A stretch of DNA of 21,886 nucleotides from Polyangiaceae bacterium. Its GTDB lineage: Bacteria > Myxococcota_A > Polyangia > Polyangiales > Polyangiaceae. The position numbers and the translations under genes are program-made. Positions 7,536 through 18,321 of the stretch are shown in pieces. Position 1 is the first letter of the stretch, and the number at the start of each line of letters is the position of its first letter. Location of the stretch: positions 1-21,886 of the forward strand of contig JANRKO010000013.1 in the NCBI GenBank assembly GCA_033763455.1. The letters are read 5' to 3'. A model generated the notes under the pieces. The model saw only the letters and a program-made list of their open reading frames with translations, did no database searches and was not told where the DNA came from.

Positions 7536-8750
7536 ATGATGAAAGCCAAGAGCCGCGTGCTAGGCGTTCTGTTCGCTTCATATTTTGCGCTGGCGCTGGC
7601 GAGCTGCTCGGACGGTGAGGCGTATCTCCAGGGCCCGCTTCAAGGAGAGCCTCTGGCGGTGGGCGCGTACCAGACCTTGAGCTACGGCGACTCGTGCTCC
7701 GGCGGCGGTAAGCTCAACTTCTGCGGCACTGACCGCCTCGTGAGCCTGGATGAGCTCTCCTCGGGAAATCCCAACGTTGCTAGCATCGTCCTAGGGGCGG
7801 ACGCCCCGATCACGACAAGTACGGCCACGCACTTCGTGCTCGGCGTCGCACCCGGCAAGGCCACGCTCCACTTTCGCGGCACGTTCGACGACGGCTCTGT
7901 GCGCAGTACTGACCTCGAGATCGAGGTCAGCAAGGCTGATCGCAGTGCCCTTCGAACAAGCTGCAACGGCGTCGAACTTGGCGAGGTTGTCACGATCCCA
8001 GGTGGCGCGGCCTCTTTTCAGGTGGAGCTATTCGCCGGCGCGACGAAGCTCGCGGGCTTTCACCCGGACGCGATCGCACCAACGGCGGGCGTGACACCGG
8101 CCGCTGGATGGGACTCGCAGAATTGGTTTGCGTGGGCAGCGCCTGCCGAGCCAGGGATGGTCGAGGTGCGCTCCGGGTTCTTGTCCAGTCGTGTCGGGGT
8201 GCTGCGCGCGTACGGGCCCTCGGAGGTGAGTGATATCGTCGTCAAGTCGGTGAACGGCAGCTCACTCGTCGGGCAACCCGGCGACAAGGGGCGCATTGAG
8301 GCGAACACCAAGGTGCGCGGCGTGCAGCCCTGTGATTCCTCGCGCGTAGTCTTCCGCACGGAAACGCCTGCCGTATGTTCCGGGCCCAATGGCGCCGAGA
8401 TCTGGCCTGCCGAAGATGACTACGGGGGCTTCGCGAATTTCAACACCGAAGGCGTGTGCCGCATCAGCGCGTCAGCCGATGGGGTGCGTTTCTTCAAAGC
8501 GACTTCCATCCAATATTTCGTGATCGCGCCGCGGGGCGAAGAGCGTTTCGACGGCTTCAACGAGCCATGCGCGGTAGAGGGCTCTACCTCCTGCACCTAC
8601 GGAGAAAACTCGCAAGTAACGCTGTGTCGCGAGGGACGCTGGGTCTCTAAGGAGACGTGTGGCCCGACCCGCACCTGCGACGCGCGCGACCCGGCACTCG
8701 CAGGCTGCGTAGCTGGCGGCCCCTGTGCCGAATGCCGTGGATTACGCTAA
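7536..8750 (+). CDS. Hypothetical lipoprotein with beta-rich (possibly Ig-like) segments and a Cys-rich C-terminal module
   Basis: Signal MMKAKSRVLGVLFASYFALALASC with lipobox LASC. VLGVAPGKATLHF resembles an Ig-like strand. Cys-rich tail and strong GC3 codon bias. Confidence 0.85.
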   Translation: MMKAKSRVLGVLFASYFALALASCSDGEAYLQGPLQGEPLAVGAYQTLSYGDSCSGGGKLNFCGTDRLVSLDELSSGNPNVASIVLGADAPITTSTATHFVLGVAPGKATLHFRGTFDDGSVRSTDLEIEVSKADRSALRTSCNGVELGEVVTIPGGAASFQVELFAGATKLAGFHPDAIAPTAGVTPAAGWDSQNWFAWAAPAEPGMVEVRSGFLSSRVGVLRAYGPSEVSDIVVKSVNGSSLVGQPGDKGRIEANTKVRGVQPCDSSRVVFRTETPAVCSGPNGAEIWPAEDDYGGFANFNTEGVCRISASADGVRFFKATSIQYFVIAPRGEERFDGFNEPCAVEGSTSCTYGENSQVTLCREGRWVSKETCGPTRTCDARDPALAGCVAGGPCAECRGLR

Positions 8751-8898
8751 CCGCTCTGGGCTCACCCAATAGTGCGTACGCCTTTGAATCTACGCATAGG
8801 TTTGTCCTTGCTGACGAGCGACTTCCCCCTTGAAAACATCCGGTCGCGGCTCATGCACCCCACCCATGCTCGAACCTCCATCGCCATCAACTTGGGTC

Positions 8899-9318
8899 TC
8901 ACGCCTCCCAGGGGTCGAATAGCAATGCGCCCGTGCGGCGCATGTCAGCGGTGTTGCGCGTCACAAGTGTCAGCTCATGGATCCGCGCTGTCGCCGCAAT
9001 TAGGCCGTCTATGGCTGCTAGAGTCTCACCGCGCCGTTCTGCCTCAGCCACCATGTGCCCCCACTCGGCCGCGATCGGAAGCGTAACGTCGAGCACTTTC
9101 TGATCATACGCAGACTTGAGCTCCTCCAGCCAAACGCGCAAGGCAGTACGACGCTTGCCCGCGTGGAGGCGTTCAATCCCCTTCTCAAGCTCACCAATGG
9201 TCAAAACACTGAGCGATAGGTGCCGTTCGTCGAGAGCACGCAACCACTCCATGACCCCTTGGTTCGGCTGAGCCCTGGTTGTCTCAGACACGACACAGGT
9301 ATCGAGCAAGTACTTCAC
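8899..9318 (-). CDS. vapC: Type II toxin, VapC family PIN-domain ribonuclease
   Basis: PIN motifs YLLDTCVVSE, SVLTIGELEKG, IDGLIAATA and LVTRNTAD. The start overlaps the antitoxin stop. Confidence 0.93.
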   Translation of the reverse strand: MKYLLDTCVVSETTRAQPNQGVMEWLRALDERHLSLSVLTIGELEKGIERLHAGKRRTALRVWLEELKSAYDQKVLDVTLPIAAEWGHMVAEAERRGETLAAIDGLIAATARIHELTLVTRNTADMRRTGALLFDPWEA

Positions 9319-9587
9319 TCGAACTCAACTTTCCTACCTGAACTCTTGTCGCGCTCCACTTCAAGCCCAAGTGGGAGCTTGGGTGCCGAAAGCAGGAATT
9401 CCGTGAACGACCGCGTAGCTTTCTTCTTCCCCGTGAGCGCTCGGTAAGCCTCAATGCTGAGCACAACAGCCGCTTCCTTTCCATGTCGTGTTACGATCTG
9501 GGGGGCCTTGGCGGCTTCATCCACCAGCTCGCTGAAGCGATTCTTGGCCACCTGAAGCTGCCAGGTGCGTGGCTTGGTCGATTCCAT
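9315..9587 (-). CDS. Type II antitoxin, Phd/YefM family
   Basis: WQLQVAKNRFSELVDEAAKAPQIVTRHGKEAAVVLS is the Phd/YefM N-terminal signature. 4-nt overlap with vapC. Confidence 0.92.
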   Translation of the reverse strand: MESTKPRTWQLQVAKNRFSELVDEAAKAPQIVTRHGKEAAVVLSIEAYRALTGKKKATRSFTEFLLSAPKLPLGLEVERDKSSGRKVEFE

Positions 9588-9593
9588 TGTTAT

Positions 9594-9606
9594 CTAGACA
9601 GTCTAG
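9594..9606. promoter_or_regulatory. Palindromic operator candidate for TA autorepression
   Basis: Perfect inverted repeat CTAGAC-A-GTCTAG, 7-19 nt upstream of the antitoxin ATG. It overlaps a TAGACT -10-like hexamer on the minus strand. Confidence 0.6.
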
Positions 9607-9717
9607 CCGATCCCTAACCCCTATCCAGCCCCACCTGGTGGCGCAGGCCGCTCCGTTAAGTGCCTGATACTACTCGGGTATCTCGCGTGCGACGTGCCTT
9701 ACTTCACCCCTGAAATA

Positions 9718-9754
9718 GCAAAAAGGCGAGCCCTTTCGGAACTCGCCTTTTTGC
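9718..9754 (-). terminator. Intrinsic terminator of groESL (bidirectional architecture)
   Basis: GCAAAAAGGCGAG / CTCGCCTTTTTGC, a perfect 13-bp inverted repeat with A/T tracts on both sides, 50 nt after the groEL stop. Confidence 0.88.
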
Positions 9755-9803
9755 GTGGCTCACTTGGCACCGAAGTGCGAAGGAGCTCGCTTTCTGATGT
9801 TAC

Positions 9804-11737
<1,934 letters not shown>

Positions 11738-11895
11738 CGGTGTCTTTTCCTTGTTGATTGTTTTGGAAACTTCGCCACCTTCGTGGAGGTGGGCTAACTG
11801 ATTGGGGGGATTGGCCCGCGCCCTGCGAGCCGCAAAGTCGCCGAACGCCGCCCTTTAACTGGATAAACCTTTAGATTTCAGCCAGTTGCCACCGT

Positions 11896-11922
11896 TTGGC
11901 ACTCACTCGGCGCGAGTGCTGA
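11896..11922 (-). promoter_or_regulatory. CIRCE element (HrcA operator)
   Basis: TTGGCACTC-N9-GAGTGCTGA against the consensus TTAGCACTC-N9-GAGTGCTAA (one mismatch per arm), located between the promoter and groES. Confidence 0.9.
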
Positions 11923-11936
11923 CAGCAGCGCGCCGC

Positions 11937-11964
11937 AAGTTAGCCAGGCCCCGGGGGGTGTCAA
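11937..11964 (-). promoter_or_regulatory. Sigma70-type promoter of groESL
   Basis: Minus strand TTGACA (11964-11959), 16-nt spacer, TAACTT (11942-11937), immediately upstream of CIRCE. Confidence 0.75.
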
Positions 11965-12157
11965 GAGGTGCGCTCGCCAATTGGAGCAAAGCTCAGCACG
12001 CTCTGCGGCTGAGCTGCAACCGGAAGCTGGCTCCAGGGTCAGGAGCGTCGTCGAAGGTGCCACAAGCCTGTGCTGGTGTCCAGTGGACGGATGAGGGGCA
12101 CTTGGGGACAGACCCACGGCGCCTCTAGAGCCGAGCTCCGGCTGGTAGAGTTGCAGC

Positions 12158-13858
12158 GTGCAAAGACGATCGCACCGAGATCGAACTCGAACCCGCACGG
12201 CTCTGTGCGCGTCGATCGTACTAATTGCGTCAGCCTGCGGCCTCGCGTGTTCTGGCAATCACCAGTCCTCTTCTGATCCTTCGGGCGGAGGCGCAGCAAA
12301 GCCGCCCACGACGGCGACCTGTGAGGCCGGCGAAGTCCCCGAGCGCCGCGTCGCTAAACTCAGTGACATTCACTACCGAAACGCCGTGTTCGATTTGTTC
12401 GGCGACGTGCGCGAGGCCCAATCGGTTCGGTCGCCGGGGGTTAACGCCTCAGCATTCATCCCCGCCACGGCGATGGTTCCTGTTGATGGGGGGTTGGTGC
12501 TTCAGTATCGCACGGCTGCCGAAACGCTGGCTGCTGCGTTCGCACGTCACGCTCCGGGCTTTCTCTGTTCGCCCGACACCGTGCGCGCTGATCCTTGCGT
12601 GCAGGGCTGGCTCTCAAGCTTTCTCTCCCAGGCCTATCGCCGCCCGATCTTGCCCGAAGAGCTGGAAGATTACAGTGCGCTCTTCGAGAGCGGTGCATCC
12701 CATGGTGCCGAAGGGGGAGTACGCTTGGTGATCCAAGCCGCACTGCAGGCTCCCTCTTTCTTGTACACCACAGAACTCGGCACGCCGCCGAACTCTGGCA
12801 CGGGCGACATCGCGGGGCCGAAAAACGCAGGCGCACTTCCGCTCACGGATCACGAGCTTGCGTCTCAACTCTCATTTTGGCTTACCGATCACGCCCCCGA
12901 CGCGGAGCTCCGACGTGCCGCGGAAGCAGGTGAACTGCTGCGCGAACCTGCAGCGCTCAGTGCCCAAGCACAAAGGCTCCTGGAGGCTCCGGACGCGCAA
13001 CATACGATCACCGAAGCCATCGTTCGTTGGTTTCGCCTGACGGAGCTTGAGCACATCCATAAAGACGAAAGCGTCTTTCCAGAGTTCGAACCCGCGAGGC
13101 AGAGCCTACTGAGCTCGGTGCGACTGTTCATTGACGGGAATGTTTGGCAGGGGGCGCGTGATTTTCGGGACATCTTCCGTGCTCCCAACGCGTATATAGA
13201 TGCTGCACTGGCTCCCATTTATGCGGTGCCCGCGCCTACCGAAGCGGGATTTGTGCGCCAGGATTTTGCGACCAATGAACGCGTGGGGATCCTCACGCAT
13301 CCAGCGTTCTTGGCTCGATTTGCGAATCAATCCGAAGGGCAGGTGGTGCAGCGGGGGCTCTTCGTGCGGCGGGATCTTTTGTGCCAAACGCTTCAGGCGC
13401 CGCCACCCGGAGTGAACGTTGCAGCGATCACCGCAGGCAAGTCGCAACGCGAGGCGGCGAGCTTTCGAGCGAACGAGCCAGCATGTGCCGGCTGCCACTC
13501 GGCTATTGATCCGTTTGGGTTGATGTTCTCGCACTACAACGCTGTTGGGGCTTACCAACCAACCCTCATGGGCGAACCCATCGACGCCACAGCCCTGGCA
13601 ACGAACACCGATTTTGACGGGCCTGTGAACGGTGCCGCCGAGCTCAGCGAGAAGCTGGCGCAAAGCGAACTCGCACAAGCCTGCATCGTTCAGAAGATGC
13701 TCGCCTTCAGCCTTTCACGCACCGCCCCACCGGCGAGTTGCGAGCTTGCGCCGCTCCAGGCACACTTCTCCCAAAGCGGGTATCAGCTGAGCGAGCTTCT
13801 TCTTGCCATCGTGAACTCCAAATCTTTCCGCTTTCGCCGCTTGGAGGTCGCCGAATGA
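12158..13858 (+). CDS. DUF1592-family lipoprotein (DUF1587/1595/1592/1588/1585 architecture) with one CxxCH motif
   Basis: Lipobox GLAC. Motifs KLSDIHYRNAVFDLFG, QAYRRP, ALQAPSFLY, ELASQLSFWL..PDAEL, RVGILTHPAFL and QRGLFVRRDLLCQ. CAGCH at 13484-13498, followed by IDPFG. Confidence 0.9.
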   Translation: MQRRSHRDRTRTRTALCASIVLIASACGLACSGNHQSSSDPSGGGAAKPPTTATCEAGEVPERRVAKLSDIHYRNAVFDLFGDVREAQSVRSPGVNASAFIPATAMVPVDGGLVLQYRTAAETLAAAFARHAPGFLCSPDTVRADPCVQGWLSSFLSQAYRRPILPEELEDYSALFESGASHGAEGGVRLVIQAALQAPSFLYTTELGTPPNSGTGDIAGPKNAGALPLTDHELASQLSFWLTDHAPDAELRRAAEAGELLREPAALSAQAQRLLEAPDAQHTITEAIVRWFRLTELEHIHKDESVFPEFEPARQSLLSSVRLFIDGNVWQGARDFRDIFRAPNAYIDAALAPIYAVPAPTEAGFVRQDFATNERVGILTHPAFLARFANQSEGQVVQRGLFVRRDLLCQTLQAPPPGVNVAAITAGKSQREAASFRANEPACAGCHSAIDPFGLMFSHYNAVGAYQPTLMGEPIDATALATNTDFDGPVNGAAELSEKLAQSELAQACIVQKMLAFSLSRTAPPASCELAPLQAHFSQSGYQLSELLLAIVNSKSFRFRRLEVAE

Positions 13859-15186
13859 ACGAGCTTAAAGCACCGAGCCGACGCCGGCTGCTCGGAACTC
13901 TCAGCGGCGCGGCAGCGGCACTCGTGTTGCCCTTTTTCGGTCGCGAAACCCGCGCGCAAGCGGGCCTTCCGGGCCCCAAACGCCTCCTGGTGCTGCAGAC
14001 ACCCGATGGGCGCGCCTATGACCTCTGGCGTCCCACAGGTTCGGCTAGCAACTTTCAACTAGGCGAAACCATGGCGGCGTTCGAGCCATTGAAATCGAAG
14101 CTCGTGGTGATCTCGGGCCTTGACCACCGCGCCACCACACGGGAGCCGCACTGTGCCGGCCTTGTGCAGTGGATGACAGGCCGAGACGGAACCTTTGACG
14201 GCGACAACTACACCTCCGCTCAAGCTCCCTCGATCGATCAGTTGGTGGCGACCGATCCGCGCTTCGCATCTAACACCCGCTTCCGTTCGCTGCAGTTTGC
14301 CGCCGATGTGACGACTACGTCTTTTGACGTGTCTCACCGCTACTTGTCGTGGGCAGGGCCTGATTTGCCACTTCCCGGTGAACACCGGCCACTCGAAAAC
14401 TATCGGCGACTCTTCGGTGAGTTGGTCCAAGCAACACCGGTGGAAATGCAACGGCTGATAGTTGAGCGAAAGAGTGTGATGGACGTTGTAAAGCGGGACT
14501 GGCAACGCATGGCAGCCGTCATTCCAGCAGCCCAGAAGCCCTACTTTGAATCCCACCTTACGGCCCTCAGAAGCCTTGAAACGGAGGTTGCATCCAGCGC
14601 CGGGCAGGGACAATGCGCTGCCCCCGATACGAGCCTTTACCCAGCCGGCGACAGCGCGACCAGTTTTCCAAGTTACTTCAAGGCCAACGCTGAGCTGGTA
14701 CGGCTCGCCTTCGCGTGTGACTTGACCCGCGTGGTGACGTTCATGAGTTCACCTACCACTTCGAACCTGGTGCACAACGATTGGGCGCTTGGCATGAGCC
14801 AAAGCTTGGATCACCACGGCTCCAGTCACAATTTTATCTTGCCGAATCTGCGCGCAATCAACACCTGGTACACCGAGCGCATTGCAGAGTTCGTGCAGAG
14901 CTTGGAGGCCACTCCAGACGGGGCAAAAAGCTTGCTCGATAGTTTGCTCATGATCTACGGCAGTGAGTTTGGCGACGGGCAAACTCATGATCATAGGAAC
15001 GTGCCCTTCGTACTTTTCGGGAGCGCCGGCGGACAACTCCAGACCGGGCGTTTCCTCAACCTCTTCGAGCAAGGGCAGTCTCGTTCCTCGAATGATCTCT
15101 GGCTGAGCGTCTTGGCTTTGCTCGGTGTTCCCCTAGAGGTTGTCGGCGATCCGGGTGATTGCGATGGGCCCATACCAGGCCTTTGA
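13855..15186 (+). CDS. DUF1552-family protein, Tat-exported
   Basis: ATG 13855 overlaps the upstream stop (ATGA), with SD GGAGG. Tat motif SRRRLL. Motifs LAFACDLTRVVTFM, DHHGSSH and GSEFGDGQTHDHRNVPFVLFG. Confidence 0.9.
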   Translation: MNELKAPSRRRLLGTLSGAAAALVLPFFGRETRAQAGLPGPKRLLVLQTPDGRAYDLWRPTGSASNFQLGETMAAFEPLKSKLVVISGLDHRATTREPHCAGLVQWMTGRDGTFDGDNYTSAQAPSIDQLVATDPRFASNTRFRSLQFAADVTTTSFDVSHRYLSWAGPDLPLPGEHRPLENYRRLFGELVQATPVEMQRLIVERKSVMDVVKRDWQRMAAVIPAAQKPYFESHLTALRSLETEVASSAGQGQCAAPDTSLYPAGDSATSFPSYFKANAELVRLAFACDLTRVVTFMSSPTTSNLVHNDWALGMSQSLDHHGSSHNFILPNLRAINTWYTERIAEFVQSLEATPDGAKSLLDSLLMIYGSEFGDGQTHDHRNVPFVLFGSAGGQLQTGRFLNLFEQGQSRSSNDLWLSVLALLGVPLEVVGDPGDCDGPIPGL

Positions 15187-15235
15187 AGGACTTTCTGCTC
15201 ACCCGAGTGGGCCTGTTACCGCTACGCTCCGCACC

Positions 15236-17203
15236 ATGTCTCGACTTCGACATCAGCTGCCGCTCATCGTTGCGACGCTCGCGCTTTTTAGCGCCTGCCT
15301 AGGCTTACACCGTTCGCGCAACGCTGGGAGTGACCTCAAGAACATCAAGGCAAAGCCTTTCATTCAAAAGGTGACCCCCGGGAGCCGTTACCCAGACGCG
15401 GCAGGGCTTGTGGACGTGAAGCTGCACTACGGGGCCAAGGGCGACGGAGTGACGGACGACACCGCTCGCATCCAGCAAGCACTCTCGGATTACCCCAACG
15501 CCAAAGCCATCATCTACCTGCCTGCGGGAACGTATTTGATCTCCGACACGCTCAAGTGGCCCAAAGGTCGCGGAAATGGCGACGAATACAAGCAAACCAC
15601 GTTAGAAGGAGAAAGCCGCGAAAAGTCTATCCTAAAGCTCAAGGATAACGCCTCCGGCTTTCGCAACCAAAGGCTACCCAAGTCGCTCATCTGGATGGGC
15701 CCGGCTCCGGCTCAACGTTTTGGAAATTCGATTCGCAGCCTCACGGTGGATACTGGGCGCGGCAACGGGGGCGCGATTGGAATGCAATTCCACGCTTCCA
15801 ATCAAGGCGTGTTGTTCGACGTGACCATTCGCTCGGGGGATGACCTCGGCGTAACCGGTCTCGATATGGACTTCACGAACGAGATCGGCCCTTTGTTGGT
15901 AAAAAACGTCGCCATTGTTGGCTTTCAAAATGGAATTGTTACAGGCAAGCCCATCAACGGCCAGGTGCTGGAATCAGTAGCTCTTCGTGGCCAAAAGGCG
16001 TATGGCATTCTCGATTCTGGCCAGGCGCTCAGCATTCGCAAGCTCACCAGCGAAAACACAGTGCCCGCCATCCATTCCACGGGTGGCTTTCTCACCCTGC
16101 TCGATAGCACCCTCATGGGTACATCGAACGCCACAGCAAATGTTCCTGCCGTCTACGCAAGTGGGGACATTTTGGTGCGCGGGTTAACCACGAGTGGCTA
16201 CTCCCGGGCGCTGGAAGCGAAAGCGGCCAACGCACCAGCAGGAGCGGTTGTGGCTGGGTTTTGTTCCGTACCGCGGCAGCGCCTATTCAGCGACGGTCAA
16301 CGTGCCTTTCCGCTTCCTATCGAAGAAACACCCGAGGCCATTTGGGATCCGCCGGGCGAATGGGCCAACGTTCAAGATTTTGGCGCCGTCCCCGGCGACG
16401 GCCAGCCTGACGACGAAGCCTTTCAGCGCGCGATCGATAGCGGCAAAACCACCGTGTTCCTCTCGAACGCACCCAACGCCGAAGGTAAACGCGGAAGCTA
16501 TACGCTTTCGGGCACAGTGCTCATCCGCGGCAACGTGCGCCGCCTGCTCGGAACTGAATCCTCCATTTACGGCGGCAAGGAAGGCCGCGGCACCTTAAAG
16601 CTCGTCGACGGTGCCGCCGATACCGTCGTGATCGAGCGCATCGGTACCGGATTTCCTGGAGCCCGACTCGAAATGAAAACCGAACGCACGCTGGTGCTCA
16701 AGAACTCGCAAATTGCGGGCTACACGGGCGAAGGCGGGCGCGTCTTCTTTGAAGACGTAAGCGGAGGCCCTTGGGACGTGTGGCGCACCAAGCACCAGAA
16801 GATCTGGGCACGTCAATTCAATCCCGAGGTTTGGCCCGAAAATTCCCTCGGCAAAGGTCCGCACCTCATCAATGATGGCGGCACGCTTTGGATTTTCGGC
16901 TTCAAGACAGAACAGGGCGCGCGCACCACGGTGATTGAAACGATCAACGGCGGCCGCACAGAAATCTTAGGCGGGCACCTCTACACGTATACTGGTTCGA
17001 AGGGTAACGCGCGTCCTATGTTCGTAACTCGGAATTCAGCCCTCAGCGTGTTTGCGCGAGAAGCGCTCATCGCCGATGAACGCTACCAAGTATACGTCGA
17101 GGAGTCGCGCCAAGGTGCCGTGCGCCGCCTAGAGCACGCAGAGATGTGGCCTGGAGCCTTTGGAGGTCGAGCGATCTCGTATCTCGGCCTTGGGCCGGAG
17201 TGA
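15236..17203 (+). CDS. Secreted or lipoprotein beta-helix glycanase (Pectate_lyase_3 / GH55-like)
   Basis: Two copies of the beta-helix cap motif (VDVKLHYGAKGDGVTDDTARIQQAL..IIYLPAGTYLIS and NVQDFGAVPGDGQPDDEAFQRAID). Signal peptide ending FSAC, starting at ATG 15236. Confidence 0.85.
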   Translation: MSRLRHQLPLIVATLALFSACLGLHRSRNAGSDLKNIKAKPFIQKVTPGSRYPDAAGLVDVKLHYGAKGDGVTDDTARIQQALSDYPNAKAIIYLPAGTYLISDTLKWPKGRGNGDEYKQTTLEGESREKSILKLKDNASGFRNQRLPKSLIWMGPAPAQRFGNSIRSLTVDTGRGNGGAIGMQFHASNQGVLFDVTIRSGDDLGVTGLDMDFTNEIGPLLVKNVAIVGFQNGIVTGKPINGQVLESVALRGQKAYGILDSGQALSIRKLTSENTVPAIHSTGGFLTLLDSTLMGTSNATANVPAVYASGDILVRGLTTSGYSRALEAKAANAPAGAVVAGFCSVPRQRLFSDGQRAFPLPIEETPEAIWDPPGEWANVQDFGAVPGDGQPDDEAFQRAIDSGKTTVFLSNAPNAEGKRGSYTLSGTVLIRGNVRRLLGTESSIYGGKEGRGTLKLVDGAADTVVIERIGTGFPGARLEMKTERTLVLKNSQIAGYTGEGGRVFFEDVSGGPWDVWRTKHQKIWARQFNPEVWPENSLGKGPHLINDGGTLWIFGFKTEQGARTTVIETINGGRTEILGGHLYTYTGSKGNARPMFVTRNSALSVFAREALIADERYQVYVEESRQGAVRRLEHAEMWPGAFGGRAISYLGLGPE

Positions 17204-17266
17204 ACGGGGGCGCGCCGGAGCGCGACGGGCGCAGGCTAGGTTGAGGCAAGGAACATGACGCGCCGT

Positions 17267-17317
17267 GTCGATTGCCGGCGAAGTCAATCACCGGCGGAGC
17301 AGTCGATGACCGGCGGA
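17267..17317 (+). repeat. Three imperfect 16-bp direct repeats upstream of the NmrA gene; candidate regulator sites
   Basis: GTCGATTGCCGGCGAA (17267-17282), GTCAATCACCGGCGGA (17283-17298) and GTCGATGACCGGCGGA (17302-17317). Confidence 0.65.
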
Positions 17318-17384
17318 ACCAGCATGGCCCCCTTGCTGGCTCGCGGGCTGAGCACTAGGAGGCTAACCCACACAAGGAGGCAGT

Positions 17385-18233
17385 ATGTACGTTGTTGCTG
17401 GAGTATCTGGGCACGTTGGGTCAGTCGTTGCGAGCACGCTTTTAGCTAAGGGCAAAACGATCAAGGTCATCGTGAGAGACCCGAAGAAGGGTGAGCCTTG
17501 GTCAAAACAGGGCGCTGAAGTAGCGGTCGGTTCGCTCACGGATCCTGATTTTCTGGCGGCTACGCTCAAGGGCGCAAGTGGCTTCTTCACGCTCCTCCCG
17601 CCCGATTTTTCCGCCGCGCACGTTTTTACGGCGCAGCAAAAAGCCTCCGATTCAATCGCGGAGGGTGTGAGAAGCTCGGGTATCCCGCATGTTGTTCTGC
17701 TCTCTAGTGTTGGGGCGGAGCTGCCGAGCGGTACGGGGCCCATTCGGGGCTTGCACTACTTAGAGGGCAAGCTACGCGCAACTGGTACCAAGCTAACAGC
17801 AGTGCGGGCGGGTTACTTCCAAGAAAACGTTGGAAGCGTTGTGGGTGCTGCCAAGGCGCAAGGCATCTTTCCGAACTTCACACCATCTGCCGATTACCCC
17901 ATGCCCATGATTGCCACCAAAGACATCGGCACCGCGGCTGCCGAAGCTCTTCTCAGCCCGAAGGCGGAGGTGATCGATCTGCACGGGCCCGCGTATTCGA
18001 TCCGACAGGTGGCGGAAAAGCTCGGTTCGGCCCTAGGGAAGCAGCTAAAGATTGTGGATATTGCTCCAGAGAATCATCTGGAGGCTCTCTTGCAGGCAGG
18101 CCTACCAAAGCCCTGGGCCGAAGTGTACGCCGAAATGTATGCGGCATTTGCAGCAGGCATCGTTAAGCCCTCGGGGGATAGGTTCGTCAACGGCACCACG
18201 ACACTTGATGAAACGCTGAAGACACTGGTCTAG
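17385..18233 (+). CDS. NmrA-family NAD(P)H-binding protein (atypical SDR)
   Basis: Rossmann motif VVAGVSGHVG, plus HVVLLSSVGA, RAGYFQEN and MIATKDIG. SD AAGGAGG. Confidence 0.92.
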   Translation: MYVVAGVSGHVGSVVASTLLAKGKTIKVIVRDPKKGEPWSKQGAEVAVGSLTDPDFLAATLKGASGFFTLLPPDFSAAHVFTAQQKASDSIAEGVRSSGIPHVVLLSSVGAELPSGTGPIRGLHYLEGKLRATGTKLTAVRAGYFQENVGSVVGAAKAQGIFPNFTPSADYPMPMIATKDIGTAAAEALLSPKAEVIDLHGPAYSIRQVAEKLGSALGKQLKIVDIAPENHLEALLQAGLPKPWAEVYAEMYAAFAAGIVKPSGDRFVNGTTTLDETLKTLV

Positions 18234-18321
18234 AGGGCGCGGCACGGCGCCGTGCTCCGCTGGCCGTTAGGGGGGAGCGGAGGAGGCAAGCGTGCTTGAC
18301 GGTGGTACCAACAGACCCAAT

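Noticed and set aside
9657..9669. IHF-like site TAAGTGCCTGATA
   Set aside because: One mismatch to a short degenerate consensus, with no integrase or att site nearby.
13738..13854. Longer N-terminus for the DUF1552 gene (likewise 15140-15235 for the glycanase)
   Set aside because: These extensions overlap upstream genes. The signal peptides, plus the SD/ATGA coupling at 13855, indicate starts at 13855 and 15236.
17267..17317. Direct repeats considered as a mini CRISPR array
   Set aside because: The units are 16 bp with 0-3 nt between them, with no spacers and no cas genes.
18242..18255. Perfect 14-bp palindrome GCACGGCGCCGTGC between convergent genes
   Set aside because: Could aid termination, but it has no U tract and is too short to call.
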